Positions 36,587-46,572 of a DNA stretch of 64,000 bases are shown in pieces. This DNA comes from Dehalococcoidia bacterium (GTDB lineage: Bacteria; Chloroflexota; Dehalococcoidia; SM23-28-2; RBG-16-64-32). How positions within the stretch are numbered: the first letter of the stretch is position 1; each line of letters starts with the position of its first letter. The translations under genes and the position numbers were made by a program. The stretch covers positions 672,001 to 736,000 of the forward strand of contig CAXXTF010000002.1 of NCBI GenBank assembly GCA_963665775.2, written 5' to 3'. The notes below the pieces were generated by a model. The model saw only the letters and a program-made list of their open reading frames with translations. It ran no database searches and had not been told where the DNA came from.

Positions 36587-38428
36587 ATGCTGCGTGCAGT
36601 TATCGTACTTGGACTGATGGTGGGTTTGATGGCCACCGCCTTGACTACCCTCCCCACCTCTCCAACCGTGGCACAAGGGCCGGAAGGCATCTCCCTGGCT
36701 CTCATTATCGACAACTCCGGCAGTATGGCCAACACTGATCCAGGCAACCTGCGCTTTGCGGCGGCAAGTCAGCTGATAGACCTCCTTCAGAGCGGAGACG
36801 AGATCACCGTAATAACCTTCGCCGATCAGAGCACGGTGCTGATACCACTGACCAAGGTCACTGATGACGGGAGCAAGACCCTCATCAAAGAGGGGCTGAC
36901 GCCGGCCGCCCCCAGCGGCAACACGAACATGGGCCCCGGCTTGCAGGACGGGTTGGCTCAACTCGAACAGGGCTCCAATACCATTCGGTTCGCCATTTTC
37001 CTGACCGATGGCCAGCTGAATCCGCCCGGCTGGAACAGCTTCTCCCCTGAGGAACAAGATGCGGAGCGCAACTCGGTTCTCGAACTGGCGTCGCGTTTCG
37101 CCGAGGCCGAATCGACGCTGTTCACCGTCTCCCTCGCCACGACCGCCGAGCCGGAGTTTCTGCAAACGTTGGCGGGCAACGGCGGCGGCCTCTACCGAGA
37201 GGCCCCAGAGGCCGGGCGCCTGACCCTCGTCTTCCAGGAGATCTTCGCCGCCGAAAAGCTTGACGAGTTCGAGGTCCTGTTCGACGATTGCTTGGCGCCG
37301 GGCGAGCAGCGCGTCGTCAGCTTCTCGGTCCATCAGTTCTTGGACACCCTGTCCCTCTTCGTAACCTATGCAGATGATCCCCGGCCCGCGGTCACGGTGG
37401 TCAGACCGGACGGCGCTCCTCAAGCACCAGCTGGCGGGGACAGCCGCTATGACGCCTTCAACATCGACGCCCCCATGGCAGGAACCTGGACGGTAACGGT
37501 GGTAGGGGCAGCCCAGGGAGAGTCGTGTATAACCATCTCATCCACTCCGCGTGCCCTGGTGGAGGTGGAGTGGATACTGCCAACGGCGTCACACCGGCAG
37601 GCGTCCGGCGAGCCGCTTCAAGTGACGGTGGCCCTGAAAGTGCGCGATCCGGAGACCGGTGAAGAGAGGCCGCTCGAGGACGCCGACGTCTCCGTCACCG
37701 TCACCGGACCGGACGACCAACCCCTCCAGGGCGACCTACAACACACCGGCGCTGGCCAGTATGAGGGAGAAGTGCCTATTAGCAACGTTGAAGGAGAGTA
37801 CAGCATCGGTTTGCTGGTGCAGGCGGGAGACCTCGTCGTGGCGCGTCGCATCCTAGAAGTAGCCATATCCATCGCCGCGCCTGCGGTTCCATCGCCGACA
37901 GCGGTACCCGTAGCGACTCCACAGCCAACGGACAAACCTCCTGTCGCTCTGGTCGAGCCGGATACAGGCGGCGGCGGACTGCCTCTGACCTTGCTATTCC
38001 TTGCCCCTCTCTCTGTTATCGGAATAGCTGTCTCTGCCGGTGCGTATAATCGGTTCGGGCAGCCGGTACTGCGCGGGTTCATCGTGTCCATACAGGGTGG
38101 TCGCGTCTACGAGCTGGAAACTTTACACAGGCGTATGCGGTGGCGGAAACCGCTGACCATGGGCGGGCCGCAAGACGACATCGACCTGGGTGCGGGGAAG
38201 TGTCTTGCCAGAGTCATCCCCCAGAAGAACGGCGAGCCCCTGCTCGAGGTGCTATCCGATGGCGATGATGTGGCCGTGAACAATCGTCGCCTGCAGCCAG
38301 GCCAACGGTGGCGGCTCCTCGACCAGAGCGAAATGAGGCTCGGGAGCGTCGATCTGGTCTATCATTGGCATCTGGACGCTGGGTCCCTGCGACCTCAAGG
38401 CATCCCAAACCGGCCCGTCATCTCGTAG
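36587..38428 (+). CDS. exported vWA domain + Ig-like domains + TM + FHA-like protein
   Basis: Signal peptide, MIDAS DNSGS...T...LTDG, PT linker, TM helix, C-terminal V.VN..RL....L.D....LG. Confidence 0.85.
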   Translation: MLRAVIVLGLMVGLMATALTTLPTSPTVAQGPEGISLALIIDNSGSMANTDPGNLRFAAASQLIDLLQSGDEITVITFADQSTVLIPLTKVTDDGSKTLIKEGLTPAAPSGNTNMGPGLQDGLAQLEQGSNTIRFAIFLTDGQLNPPGWNSFSPEEQDAERNSVLELASRFAEAESTLFTVSLATTAEPEFLQTLAGNGGGLYREAPEAGRLTLVFQEIFAAEKLDEFEVLFDDCLAPGEQRVVSFSVHQFLDTLSLFVTYADDPRPAVTVVRPDGAPQAPAGGDSRYDAFNIDAPMAGTWTVTVVGAAQGESCITISSTPRALVEVEWILPTASHRQASGEPLQVTVALKVRDPETGEERPLEDADVSVTVTGPDDQPLQGDLQHTGAGQYEGEVPISNVEGEYSIGLLVQAGDLVVARRILEVAISIAAPAVPSPTAVPVATPQPTDKPPVALVEPDTGGGGLPLTLLFLAPLSVIGIAVSAGAYNRFGQPVLRGFIVSIQGGRVYELETLHRRMRWRKPLTMGGPQDDIDLGAGKCLARVIPQKNGEPLLEVLSDGDDVAVNNRRLQPGQRWRLLDQSEMRLGSVDLVYHWHLDAGSLRPQGIPNRPVIS

Positions 38429-38473
38429 CCAGACAGAGCCCTGTCTGGACATCCGGGCGCATCTTCGCTGACG

Positions 38474-38674
38474 TTATCGAAGCCCAGTAGACGGGGCTGC
38501 GGAGACAGCGAGGGGGCCGCCGGGGCCGTCTGCCCTGTTCAGGCCAGGAGCGCCTTCCTCCCAGACCGGATTCTTCACCATCGCCTGCGCCGTGCCGACG
38601 CTGCCGAACATTGGTACGGCCAGGGCGATGAGCAGGGCCGCCACAAACGCGAAGGCCATAATTTTCTTAAGCAT
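38474..38674 (-). CDS. small secreted peptide (66 aa)
   Basis: GAGGGAGG RBS, signal peptide MLKK...AQA. Confidence 0.7.
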   Translation of the reverse strand: MLKKIMAFAFVAALLIALAVPMFGSVGTAQAMVKNPVWEEGAPGLNRADGPGGPLAVSAAPSTGLR

Positions 38675-38887
38675 TAGAGCTTCCTCCCTCTTGGGCTAAA
38701 CTCTTGCCGCTGTGGGTTGCCGTTTCCTCTCGCGAAAAGCTCTCACCCCCTTCGCTCTCCTGATCGACCTGGGATGAGGCTTATGTTAACGAAAACGGCG
38801 GGCCGGTCAAGCCTTTGGCCGCCCGGATGGTTAATTTCGGTAAAGAAGCCGCTCCTCGGCCCTGCTACTAGGGCAGCGGCACAGCCC

Positions 38888-39769
38888 CTATGGCGTGGCG
38901 CGCCCGGTGGCCTTCGCCCCCCGCGTGACCAGCGTCATGTGCGGGAACGGGATCTCGATCCCCTCCTCATCGAACGCCTTCTTCAGCCGCAGGCGCAGCT
39001 CCCCCATCACGTCCCACTGGCGGATCGGCTGCGTGTCGCCCAGAATCTTGACCTCGATGCCGGAGTCGCCGAAGGCGTCCACCCGCAGCACGTGGGGCGG
39101 ATCGATGATCAGCGGCGCGAACTCCGGGTCCTCCGCCAGCTCCTTCCCCACCCGGTTGATCACCTCGAACACGTGATCAAGATCCTCTCCGTAGGAGACG
39201 GAGACGTTCATGTTCACCCGGGACCACTCCTGGGTGAAGTTGCTGGCCACGTTGATCTGGCCGTTGGGGACATAGTGGACGATCCCGTCCAAGTCGCGCA
39301 GGACGGTGCGGCGGAGGCCCACGTCCTCCACCAGGCCGGAGATGCCGCCCACGGTCACGACATCGCCCTTGCTGTACTGGTTGTCCATGAGGATGAACAG
39401 GCCGCTGATGATGTCCTTGACCAGGCTCTGGGCGCCGAAGCCGACCGCCAGGCCGATGATGCCGACGCCGGCCAGCAGCGGCGCGATGTTGATCCCGGCC
39501 AGAGGCAATAGCATGAGCAGGGTCGCCAACATGACTATCCCCTGCCCGGTACCGGTGAACACGGAGGCCAGAGTGTCGATCCGCTGCCCTATCTCCTCTT
39601 CGGAAGCCTTTTTCATCTGCCGCTCAATGGCGAGCCGCAGTGAGTGGGGGATGATGCGGTGGAGGGCGATGTCTATGACGATGGCCCCGGCGACGATGGC
39701 GAGTATGCGGGCGCCGTCGCCGGTCAGCCAGTCGGTGAAATCGTCTGTGGTGATGAGGAAGGGCAGCAT
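38888..39769 (-). CDS. mscS: small-conductance mechanosensitive channel family protein
   Basis: GLAVGFGAQSLVKD, G.VE.VGLR.T, VPNG, GIEIPFP. Confidence 0.93.
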   Translation of the reverse strand: MLPFLITTDDFTDWLTGDGARILAIVAGAIVIDIALHRIIPHSLRLAIERQMKKASEEEIGQRIDTLASVFTGTGQGIVMLATLLMLLPLAGINIAPLLAGVGIIGLAVGFGAQSLVKDIISGLFILMDNQYSKGDVVTVGGISGLVEDVGLRRTVLRDLDGIVHYVPNGQINVASNFTQEWSRVNMNVSVSYGEDLDHVFEVINRVGKELAEDPEFAPLIIDPPHVLRVDAFGDSGIEVKILGDTQPIRQWDVMGELRLRLKKAFDEEGIEIPFPHMTLVTRGAKATGRATP

Positions 39770-39890
39770 GTGTCTAAAGTTCCTTTCCCTGAGGCAGGTT
39801 GCCTATAGGCTAGTGGAAGGCCGCGGGCGGGGCAAGGGCGGAGGCGACTTCCGCGCGGCAGACGCCAGGGAAACCGAGTGCGGGGCGGGC

Positions 39891-42209
39891 CTACACCCCC
39901 ACCCGCTCCAATGACGCAAACGACAGGAGCAGCTTCTTGATCCCGGCCTCGCCCCGAAAGGCGACGACGATCTGATAGTCGGCGCCGGAGGGCTCGCAGG
40001 AGACGACGATCCCCTCGCCGAACGTGCCGTGCCGCACGTGGTCACCGGCCGCGAACGTCTCCACCGCGCCCGACGGCCCCTCCACAGTCGCGGCGCCGGC
40101 CGCAGCCACGGCGTAACGATGGCGAGCGGCCAAGAGGGTGGGAGCCGCCGCCCGCTGGCTCCGAGCCATCAGCTCCAAAGGGATGTCGGCCAGGAACCGG
40201 GACGGCGGATTGGGCGCGGTATGGCCCCCGAAGGCCCGGCGGAAGGCACGCACCAGGTAGAGGTGCTGCTTCGCGCGCGTCATCCCCACGTAGCAGAGCC
40301 GTCGCTCCTCCTCCAGCTGCGCCGCGTCGCCGCTCTCCAGCGACCGCATGTGAGGCAGCAACCCCTCCTCCAGACCGACGATGAAGACGACCGGGAACTC
40401 CAGCCCCTTGGCGGCGTGAAGAGTGATCAGCGTGACCGCTTCCGCCCCCTCGTCGTACCCGTCAACATCGGTGATCAGAGCCGCGTCCTCCAGGAAGGAG
40501 GAGAGCGCCTGCTCCGGCTTCAGCTCGTCGTACTGCGCCGCCACCGCCCGCAGCTCCTGCACGTTCTCCCATCGCTCCTCGCCGTCCGCCTCCGCCAGCA
40601 GGTAGGCTTTGTACTCCGTGCGGTCCATGACGGCCTCCAGGACATCGGACAGCGAGGCGGCGCCGGCCAGGGCGATGAGCTCGTTGAGGAGGCCCAGAAA
40701 GCGGAGAAGACTGCCGGCGGACCGCTTCTGGAAGGGGTGAGCCCGTGGTTCGACAGGCTCACCACGAGCGGACTGAATACCGCTAATCCTGAGCTTGTCG
40801 AAGGACGGTTCGCCCGCCTGGCCGCCGGCGGTGCTCTCCGGCGAGTCGCGCTCGCTCTCGCCGATGAGCTGGAGGGCGGCGTACAGCGGGATACTGCGCT
40901 CGCCGGCCCAGCGGTTGAGCTCGGCCACTGTCCGGTCGCCGATAGCCCGGTGAGGGACGTTGACGACCCGCAGGAGGGCGATGGAGTCGAAGGGGTTGTG
41001 GACGAGGCGCAGGTAGGCCAGCAGGTCCTTCACCTCGCGTCGCTCGTAGAAGCGGGTGCCACCCACCAGCCGGTAAGGGATGTTGCGACGCACGAACGCC
41101 TCCTCCAGGGGCCGGGACTGGGCGTTCGTGCGGTACATGACGGCGAACTCCCGGTAGGAGCGCTTCTCGCTCTGGGCCAGCCGCTGTGCCTCCCCAACCA
41201 CGAACGCGGCCTCGTCCTCCTCGTTGTACGCCTCGTAGGCCACGACGGGCCCGCCGGCGCCGTTCTCCGTCCACAGCTTCTTCTCCTTACGCTGCTTGTT
41301 CAGGGCGATCACGCCGTGAGCGGAGTCGAGGATGGTCTGGGTGGAGCGATAGTTCTGATCCAGGACGACCAGCTTGGCGTCGGGAAAATCGTGCTCGAAG
41401 TTGAGGATGTTGCGGATGTCGGCGGACCGCCAGGTGTAGATAGACTGATCGGGGTCGCCCACCACGCAGATGTTGCGGTGGCGGGAGGACCACTGCTTGG
41501 CCAGGATGTACTGAGCGATGTTCGTGTCCTGGAACTCATCGATGTGGACGTAGCCGTACCGCTCGGCATACTTCTCCAGGGCCTCCTGGCTCTCCTCAAA
41601 CAGGTGCACCGTCTTCAGGAGGATATCGTCGAAGTCCAGCGCCTCGTTCTGCTCCAGGATCTCCTCGTAGCGGACGAAGGCGCGGGAGGTCACCTCCTGG
41701 AAGTAGTCGGCGACGAGCGCGGCGAACTGGCGCGAGTCCTGGAGCTCGCTCTTGGCCCGCGAGATGGCCGAGAGAATCGCCCGCGGAGCGATGCGCTTAG
41801 CGTCCAGCCCCAACTCCTCCATCGCCCCCTTCAGGACGGCGATCTGATCGGCAGCGTCGTAGATCGTGAAGCTATGGGGGACGCCGATCCGCTCGCCCTC
41901 GACGCGCAGGATGCGGGCGCACACACCGTGGAAAGTGCCCATCGCGATGTCCCGTCCGATCTCCTCGCCGACCAGGCCGAAGACGCGGTCGCGCATCTCG
42001 CGGGCGGCCTTATTCGTGAAGGTAACGGCCAAGATACGGCGGGGGTGCACACGCCGTTCCCGGATGAGGTAGGCGATGCGGTGAGCGATGACGCGGGTCT
42101 TGCCGGAGCCGGGGCCGGCCAGGATGAGCAGCGGGCCCTCCGTGTGCTGCACGGCCTCGCACTGCCTGGGGTTGAGGCTCTCCAGAATCGGTGATGGGAC
42201 CGTGGTCAT
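39891..42209 (-). CDS. pcrA: UvrD/PcrA DNA helicase
   Basis: LAGPGSGKT, TFTNKAA, DEFQDTN, VGDPDQSIY, QNYRST, TLHAAKGLEF, EERRLCYVGMTRA. Confidence 0.96.
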   Translation of the reverse strand: MTTVPSPILESLNPRQCEAVQHTEGPLLILAGPGSGKTRVIAHRIAYLIRERRVHPRRILAVTFTNKAAREMRDRVFGLVGEEIGRDIAMGTFHGVCARILRVEGERIGVPHSFTIYDAADQIAVLKGAMEELGLDAKRIAPRAILSAISRAKSELQDSRQFAALVADYFQEVTSRAFVRYEEILEQNEALDFDDILLKTVHLFEESQEALEKYAERYGYVHIDEFQDTNIAQYILAKQWSSRHRNICVVGDPDQSIYTWRSADIRNILNFEHDFPDAKLVVLDQNYRSTQTILDSAHGVIALNKQRKEKKLWTENGAGGPVVAYEAYNEEDEAAFVVGEAQRLAQSEKRSYREFAVMYRTNAQSRPLEEAFVRRNIPYRLVGGTRFYERREVKDLLAYLRLVHNPFDSIALLRVVNVPHRAIGDRTVAELNRWAGERSIPLYAALQLIGESERDSPESTAGGQAGEPSFDKLRISGIQSARGEPVEPRAHPFQKRSAGSLLRFLGLLNELIALAGAASLSDVLEAVMDRTEYKAYLLAEADGEERWENVQELRAVAAQYDELKPEQALSSFLEDAALITDVDGYDEGAEAVTLITLHAAKGLEFPVVFIVGLEEGLLPHMRSLESGDAAQLEEERRLCYVGMTRAKQHLYLVRAFRRAFGGHTAPNPPSRFLADIPLELMARSQRAAAPTLLAARHRYAVAAAGAATVEGPSGAVETFAAGDHVRHGTFGEGIVVSCEPSGADYQIVVAFRGEAGIKKLLLSFASLERVGV
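40743..40807. repeat. inverted doublet of the REP-like repeat inserted in-frame in pcrA
   Basis: CCGTGGTTCGACAGGCTCACCACGAGCGG and CCGCTAATCCTGAGCTTGTCGAAGGAC, encoding PSFDKLRISGIQSARGEPVEPR. Confidence 0.85.
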
Positions 42210-42263
42210 ACCTCTCGAATAATACAGGTGTTCGGGTACGCGGGGCAATGCGCGGGGGCCTGG

Positions 42264-42892
42264 TCAGCGCAGCGGACATCCCGCGCACTGCGGCAGCAGC
42301 TCCGCCGCCCTGATATGCGTTATGTCGAGCCCTGCCCTGCCCAGGAGGCGGATCGCCGTCCACACCGGCAGACCCACCACGTTGCAGTAGCAGCCTTGGT
42401 ACGAGCCTGCGGGCTGGAACACCTCATCCTGGATGGCGTAAGCGCCTGCCTTATCGAAGGGATCGCCGCGGGCGATCGAGGCGGCGATCTCCTCCTCCCC
42501 ATAGCGCCGCATGCTGACGCGGGTGAGGGCATGATCGATGAGCAGGCGTCGGCCCCAGCGGGCAACCGCCACCGCCGTGACGACCCGATGCCTGCGGCCG
42601 CGCAGGCCAAGGAGCACCGACCGCGCATCCGCGGCGTCACGGGGCTTGCCCAGAATGACCCCACGATGGGCAACAACGGTGTCCGCGGCCAGGATGATCT
42701 CATCGGGATGCTGTTCCGCCACGGCCCGCGCCTTCGTCGCCGCCAGATGTCGGACAACCCGCTCCGGACGAGTACCGTCGCGGGCGGCGCCCTCGGCGAC
42801 CTCCGGGGCCAGAACCTCGAACGGGATGCCCAGCCGCGACAGCAGGTCGCGCCGCCGCGGCGATCGCGAGGCGAGGATGAAAGACGGCCCTG

Positions 42893-42896
<4 letters not shown>
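42264..42896 (-). CDS. maf: Maf-family nucleotide pyrophosphatase
   Basis: [35 protein letters not shown]. Confidence 0.95.
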
Positions 42897-44113
<1,217 letters not shown>

Positions 44114-44276
44114 GAACACTCTCGCCTTTAGTTTATTCTCAGGATCGCGCGAGGCCAATAGCGCTGTTCGGCGTTTATACTAAATAAGACAGGGCCACAC
44201 CCAGGAATCCTCCATGTCGGTGTGGCCATGATATAATGCGCAACAGTCTATTCGATAGAACAGAGGGCAGAGGTTA

Positions 44277-44837
44277 GTGGACTTCCTGATCCTCGCCGGG
44301 TTGGTGGGAGGGCTATGGGCGTTTCTCCTCTGGCTGAGCATTATAGTCTGGATCTACCGCGACACCCGGGATCGCACCCGCGATCTGGCCCTTCAGGTGA
44401 TGGCCATGTTCATGGCGCTGATGTTCTTCCCGGGGTTCAACATACCGGGGCTGGCCCTCTATTTGATGATGCGGCCTCGCGAGACCCTGGACGAGTCCTA
44501 TGCTCGCTCCCTGGAAGAGGAAGCACTTCTACGCGAGATCGGCGACGAAGCCGCATGCCCGTCCTGCCGGCGGTTCGTGGAGCGGGGATGGCTGGTGTGC
44601 GCGTTCTGCCAGACACAGCTCAAGGACACGTGTGGAGGCTGCGGGCAGTTGATGAGCTTCAACTGGGTCGCCTGTCCCTACTGCGGCGGCCAGCCTAAGA
44701 GCGCCGAACGAGCTCAGAAGGCGCCAACGAGCATGCAGGCCCCTGCGACAGCGAGTGGCGCATCGGGGAAACCGGAGGCAGAAGCCGAGGAGTCAGAGCC
44801 GCTCAGCGCCGAACGCGCAACCCCCAGTCAACACTAG
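44277..44837 (+). CDS. membrane protein with double zinc ribbon
   Basis: TM helices, RP.ETL...Y.RSLEEE, four CxxC motifs. Confidence 0.85.
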   Translation: MDFLILAGLVGGLWAFLLWLSIIVWIYRDTRDRTRDLALQVMAMFMALMFFPGFNIPGLALYLMMRPRETLDESYARSLEEEALLREIGDEAACPSCRRFVERGWLVCAFCQTQLKDTCGGCGQLMSFNWVACPYCGGQPKSAERAQKAPTSMQAPATASGASGKPEAEAEESEPLSAERATPSQH

Positions 44838-44880
44838 CTATCGAAGCCAACACCTCGCCGGGCCAGCCAACCGCGCTCGC

Positions 44881-45801
44881 CTAATCTGGGCCCGTTAGAC
44901 CGGCCACGTCTATCTCGCTCAGCATCCCCGCCAGGCGACGCAGCTTCGCCTCCCCACCGGCGAAAGGAGCGGCGGCGAACATCGCCTCGATGCGCTCAAC
45001 CGTCGTCACCGTGTCCAGCCCGGTCTGCAGGACGGCGATTTCATCCTCCTCTACCCGGTCCAGAACGTACGAGAGGAGCGGGTAGCCGCCGGTGACGATC
45101 AAGCAGGAGACGCCGGCGTTGAGCGCCGCCAGCTGCAGGTCCGGCTTGTCACCGCGCACGATGACGGCGCTGCTCTGCTGTCCGGCGAAGTAGCCCTGCG
45201 CCGGGTCGGCGCTGATGGACGCGATAACGGGTCGCTCGATCAGATGCTCCTTGCCGGCGTTCAGGCTGCGGGCGCGCGCCTGAACCGCCTCCGCCACCTG
45301 AGCGATGGTAGGGGCAGCCAGGGTTCGATCCTCCGGCAACAGCGCCAGGGGCCGCAGGCCGACGCCCTCGAAGGCGGCGCCGACAGCGTCGCGGCGGCGC
45401 CGGGGGACGCGGTTCAGGATCAGCCCTGCCAGCGATCCTCCCAACGCCTGACAGTATTCAGCCACCCGATCAGGCGACTCGGCACCCGCTACCACCAGCG
45501 CTCGGGCTGCCCCGATCGCCCTCAGAGCCACGGCTGGGTCGCCGCCGGCCGCCTCGACGAAGGTTACATCGTGACCGCTGGCCGTGTCCAGCACCGCGCC
45601 CGGCTCCACCGGCTCGCTGCCGCGCTGGGCGTTGAAGGGGAGGCTGGCAAAGAGCCCGGCATCGGCATCAGCATGCTCATCGCCGGAGAGCCGGAGGAGC
45701 GCCACCGTTCGGCCCGCCCCCTTCAACCGCTGGGCGAGGCCGGTGATAAGGGCGGTCTTGCCGACCATAGGCTCAGGGGATGCGACGAGGAGGACAGGCA
45801 T
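44881..45801 (-). CDS. BioD-like/DRTGG domain protein (Pta N-terminal-like)
   Basis: S.EPMVGKT P-loop, LPEDRTL, IVRGDKPDLQLAAL, LIVTG. Confidence 0.8.
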   Translation of the reverse strand: MPVLLVASPEPMVGKTALITGLAQRLKGAGRTVALLRLSGDEHADADAGLFASLPFNAQRGSEPVEPGAVLDTASGHDVTFVEAAGGDPAVALRAIGAARALVVAGAESPDRVAEYCQALGGSLAGLILNRVPRRRRDAVGAAFEGVGLRPLALLPEDRTLAAPTIAQVAEAVQARARSLNAGKEHLIERPVIASISADPAQGYFAGQQSSAVIVRGDKPDLQLAALNAGVSCLIVTGGYPLLSYVLDRVEEDEIAVLQTGLDTVTTVERIEAMFAAAPFAGGEAKLRRLAGMLSEIDVAGLTGPD

Positions 45802-46010
45802 GGCCGGCTGGATTATAGCATGAGCCCCCGCTTCACCGGCTGGAGGGAGAACACGAACGCACCCTTGAGGGTGTGATGCTGCCCACAACAAGCATGACTT
45901 GATGATAGGCTTTCGCCACGCTGCCGCTCTTGCCTGCGCCGGGGAGCCGCATGTATCATATGTGACACCCAGCACTAACGCCCCAAGAGCCGCCTGGAAG
46001 GCCCAGCCAC

Positions 46011-46535
46011 ATGCCACACAGCTCCCGCTTCACCCCGGTCGAGCCTGCCACCGGCAGCGCCGAGATGCTCACCCGCATCGATGAGCTCATCGATGACCTC
46101 CGGCCTAAGCAGGCCGACCTGCTCACAGCCTTCCACCGCATCCAGCACGAGTACGGACACGTGCCTCCGGAGGCGGTCCCTCTACTGGCCGGCAGGTTCG
46201 CCACCACCCCCGCCACGATCTTCGGCGCTATGGACTTCTACTCGGAGGTGCGCACCACGCCGCCCGCACGGACCACCGTCGAGTGGTGCAGCGGCCCCGC
46301 CTGCCTCCTGAAGGGATCGCTGAGAATCCGCCGCGCCCTGGAGGCGATCCTGGGCTGCGACATGGATCAGACGACCGAGGACGGAGCCCTCGGCCTGCGG
46401 CTGGTGCAGTGCGACGGCACCTGCCATATGGCACCCCTTCTACGCCTCGATGGCCGCTATATCGGTCCCCTCAGTGTCAGCGAGGCGATCGGCTGGGCCC
46501 GAGAGCTGAAGGAGAAGGGGGGATTGGGCGCGTAG
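46011..46535 (+). CDS. NuoE/HydC/HoxE-like [2Fe-2S] subunit
   Basis: IQHEYG, FYS, CSGPAC, CDGTC..AP. Confidence 0.9.
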   Translation: MPHSSRFTPVEPATGSAEMLTRIDELIDDLRPKQADLLTAFHRIQHEYGHVPPEAVPLLAGRFATTPATIFGAMDFYSEVRTTPPARTTVEWCSGPACLLKGSLRIRRALEAILGCDMDQTTEDGALGLRLVQCDGTCHMAPLLRLDGRYIGPLSVSEAIGWARELKEKGGLGA

Positions 46536-46572
46536 CTGCAGGAGCTCAAGCCCCCAGCTACCGCCAACCGCC

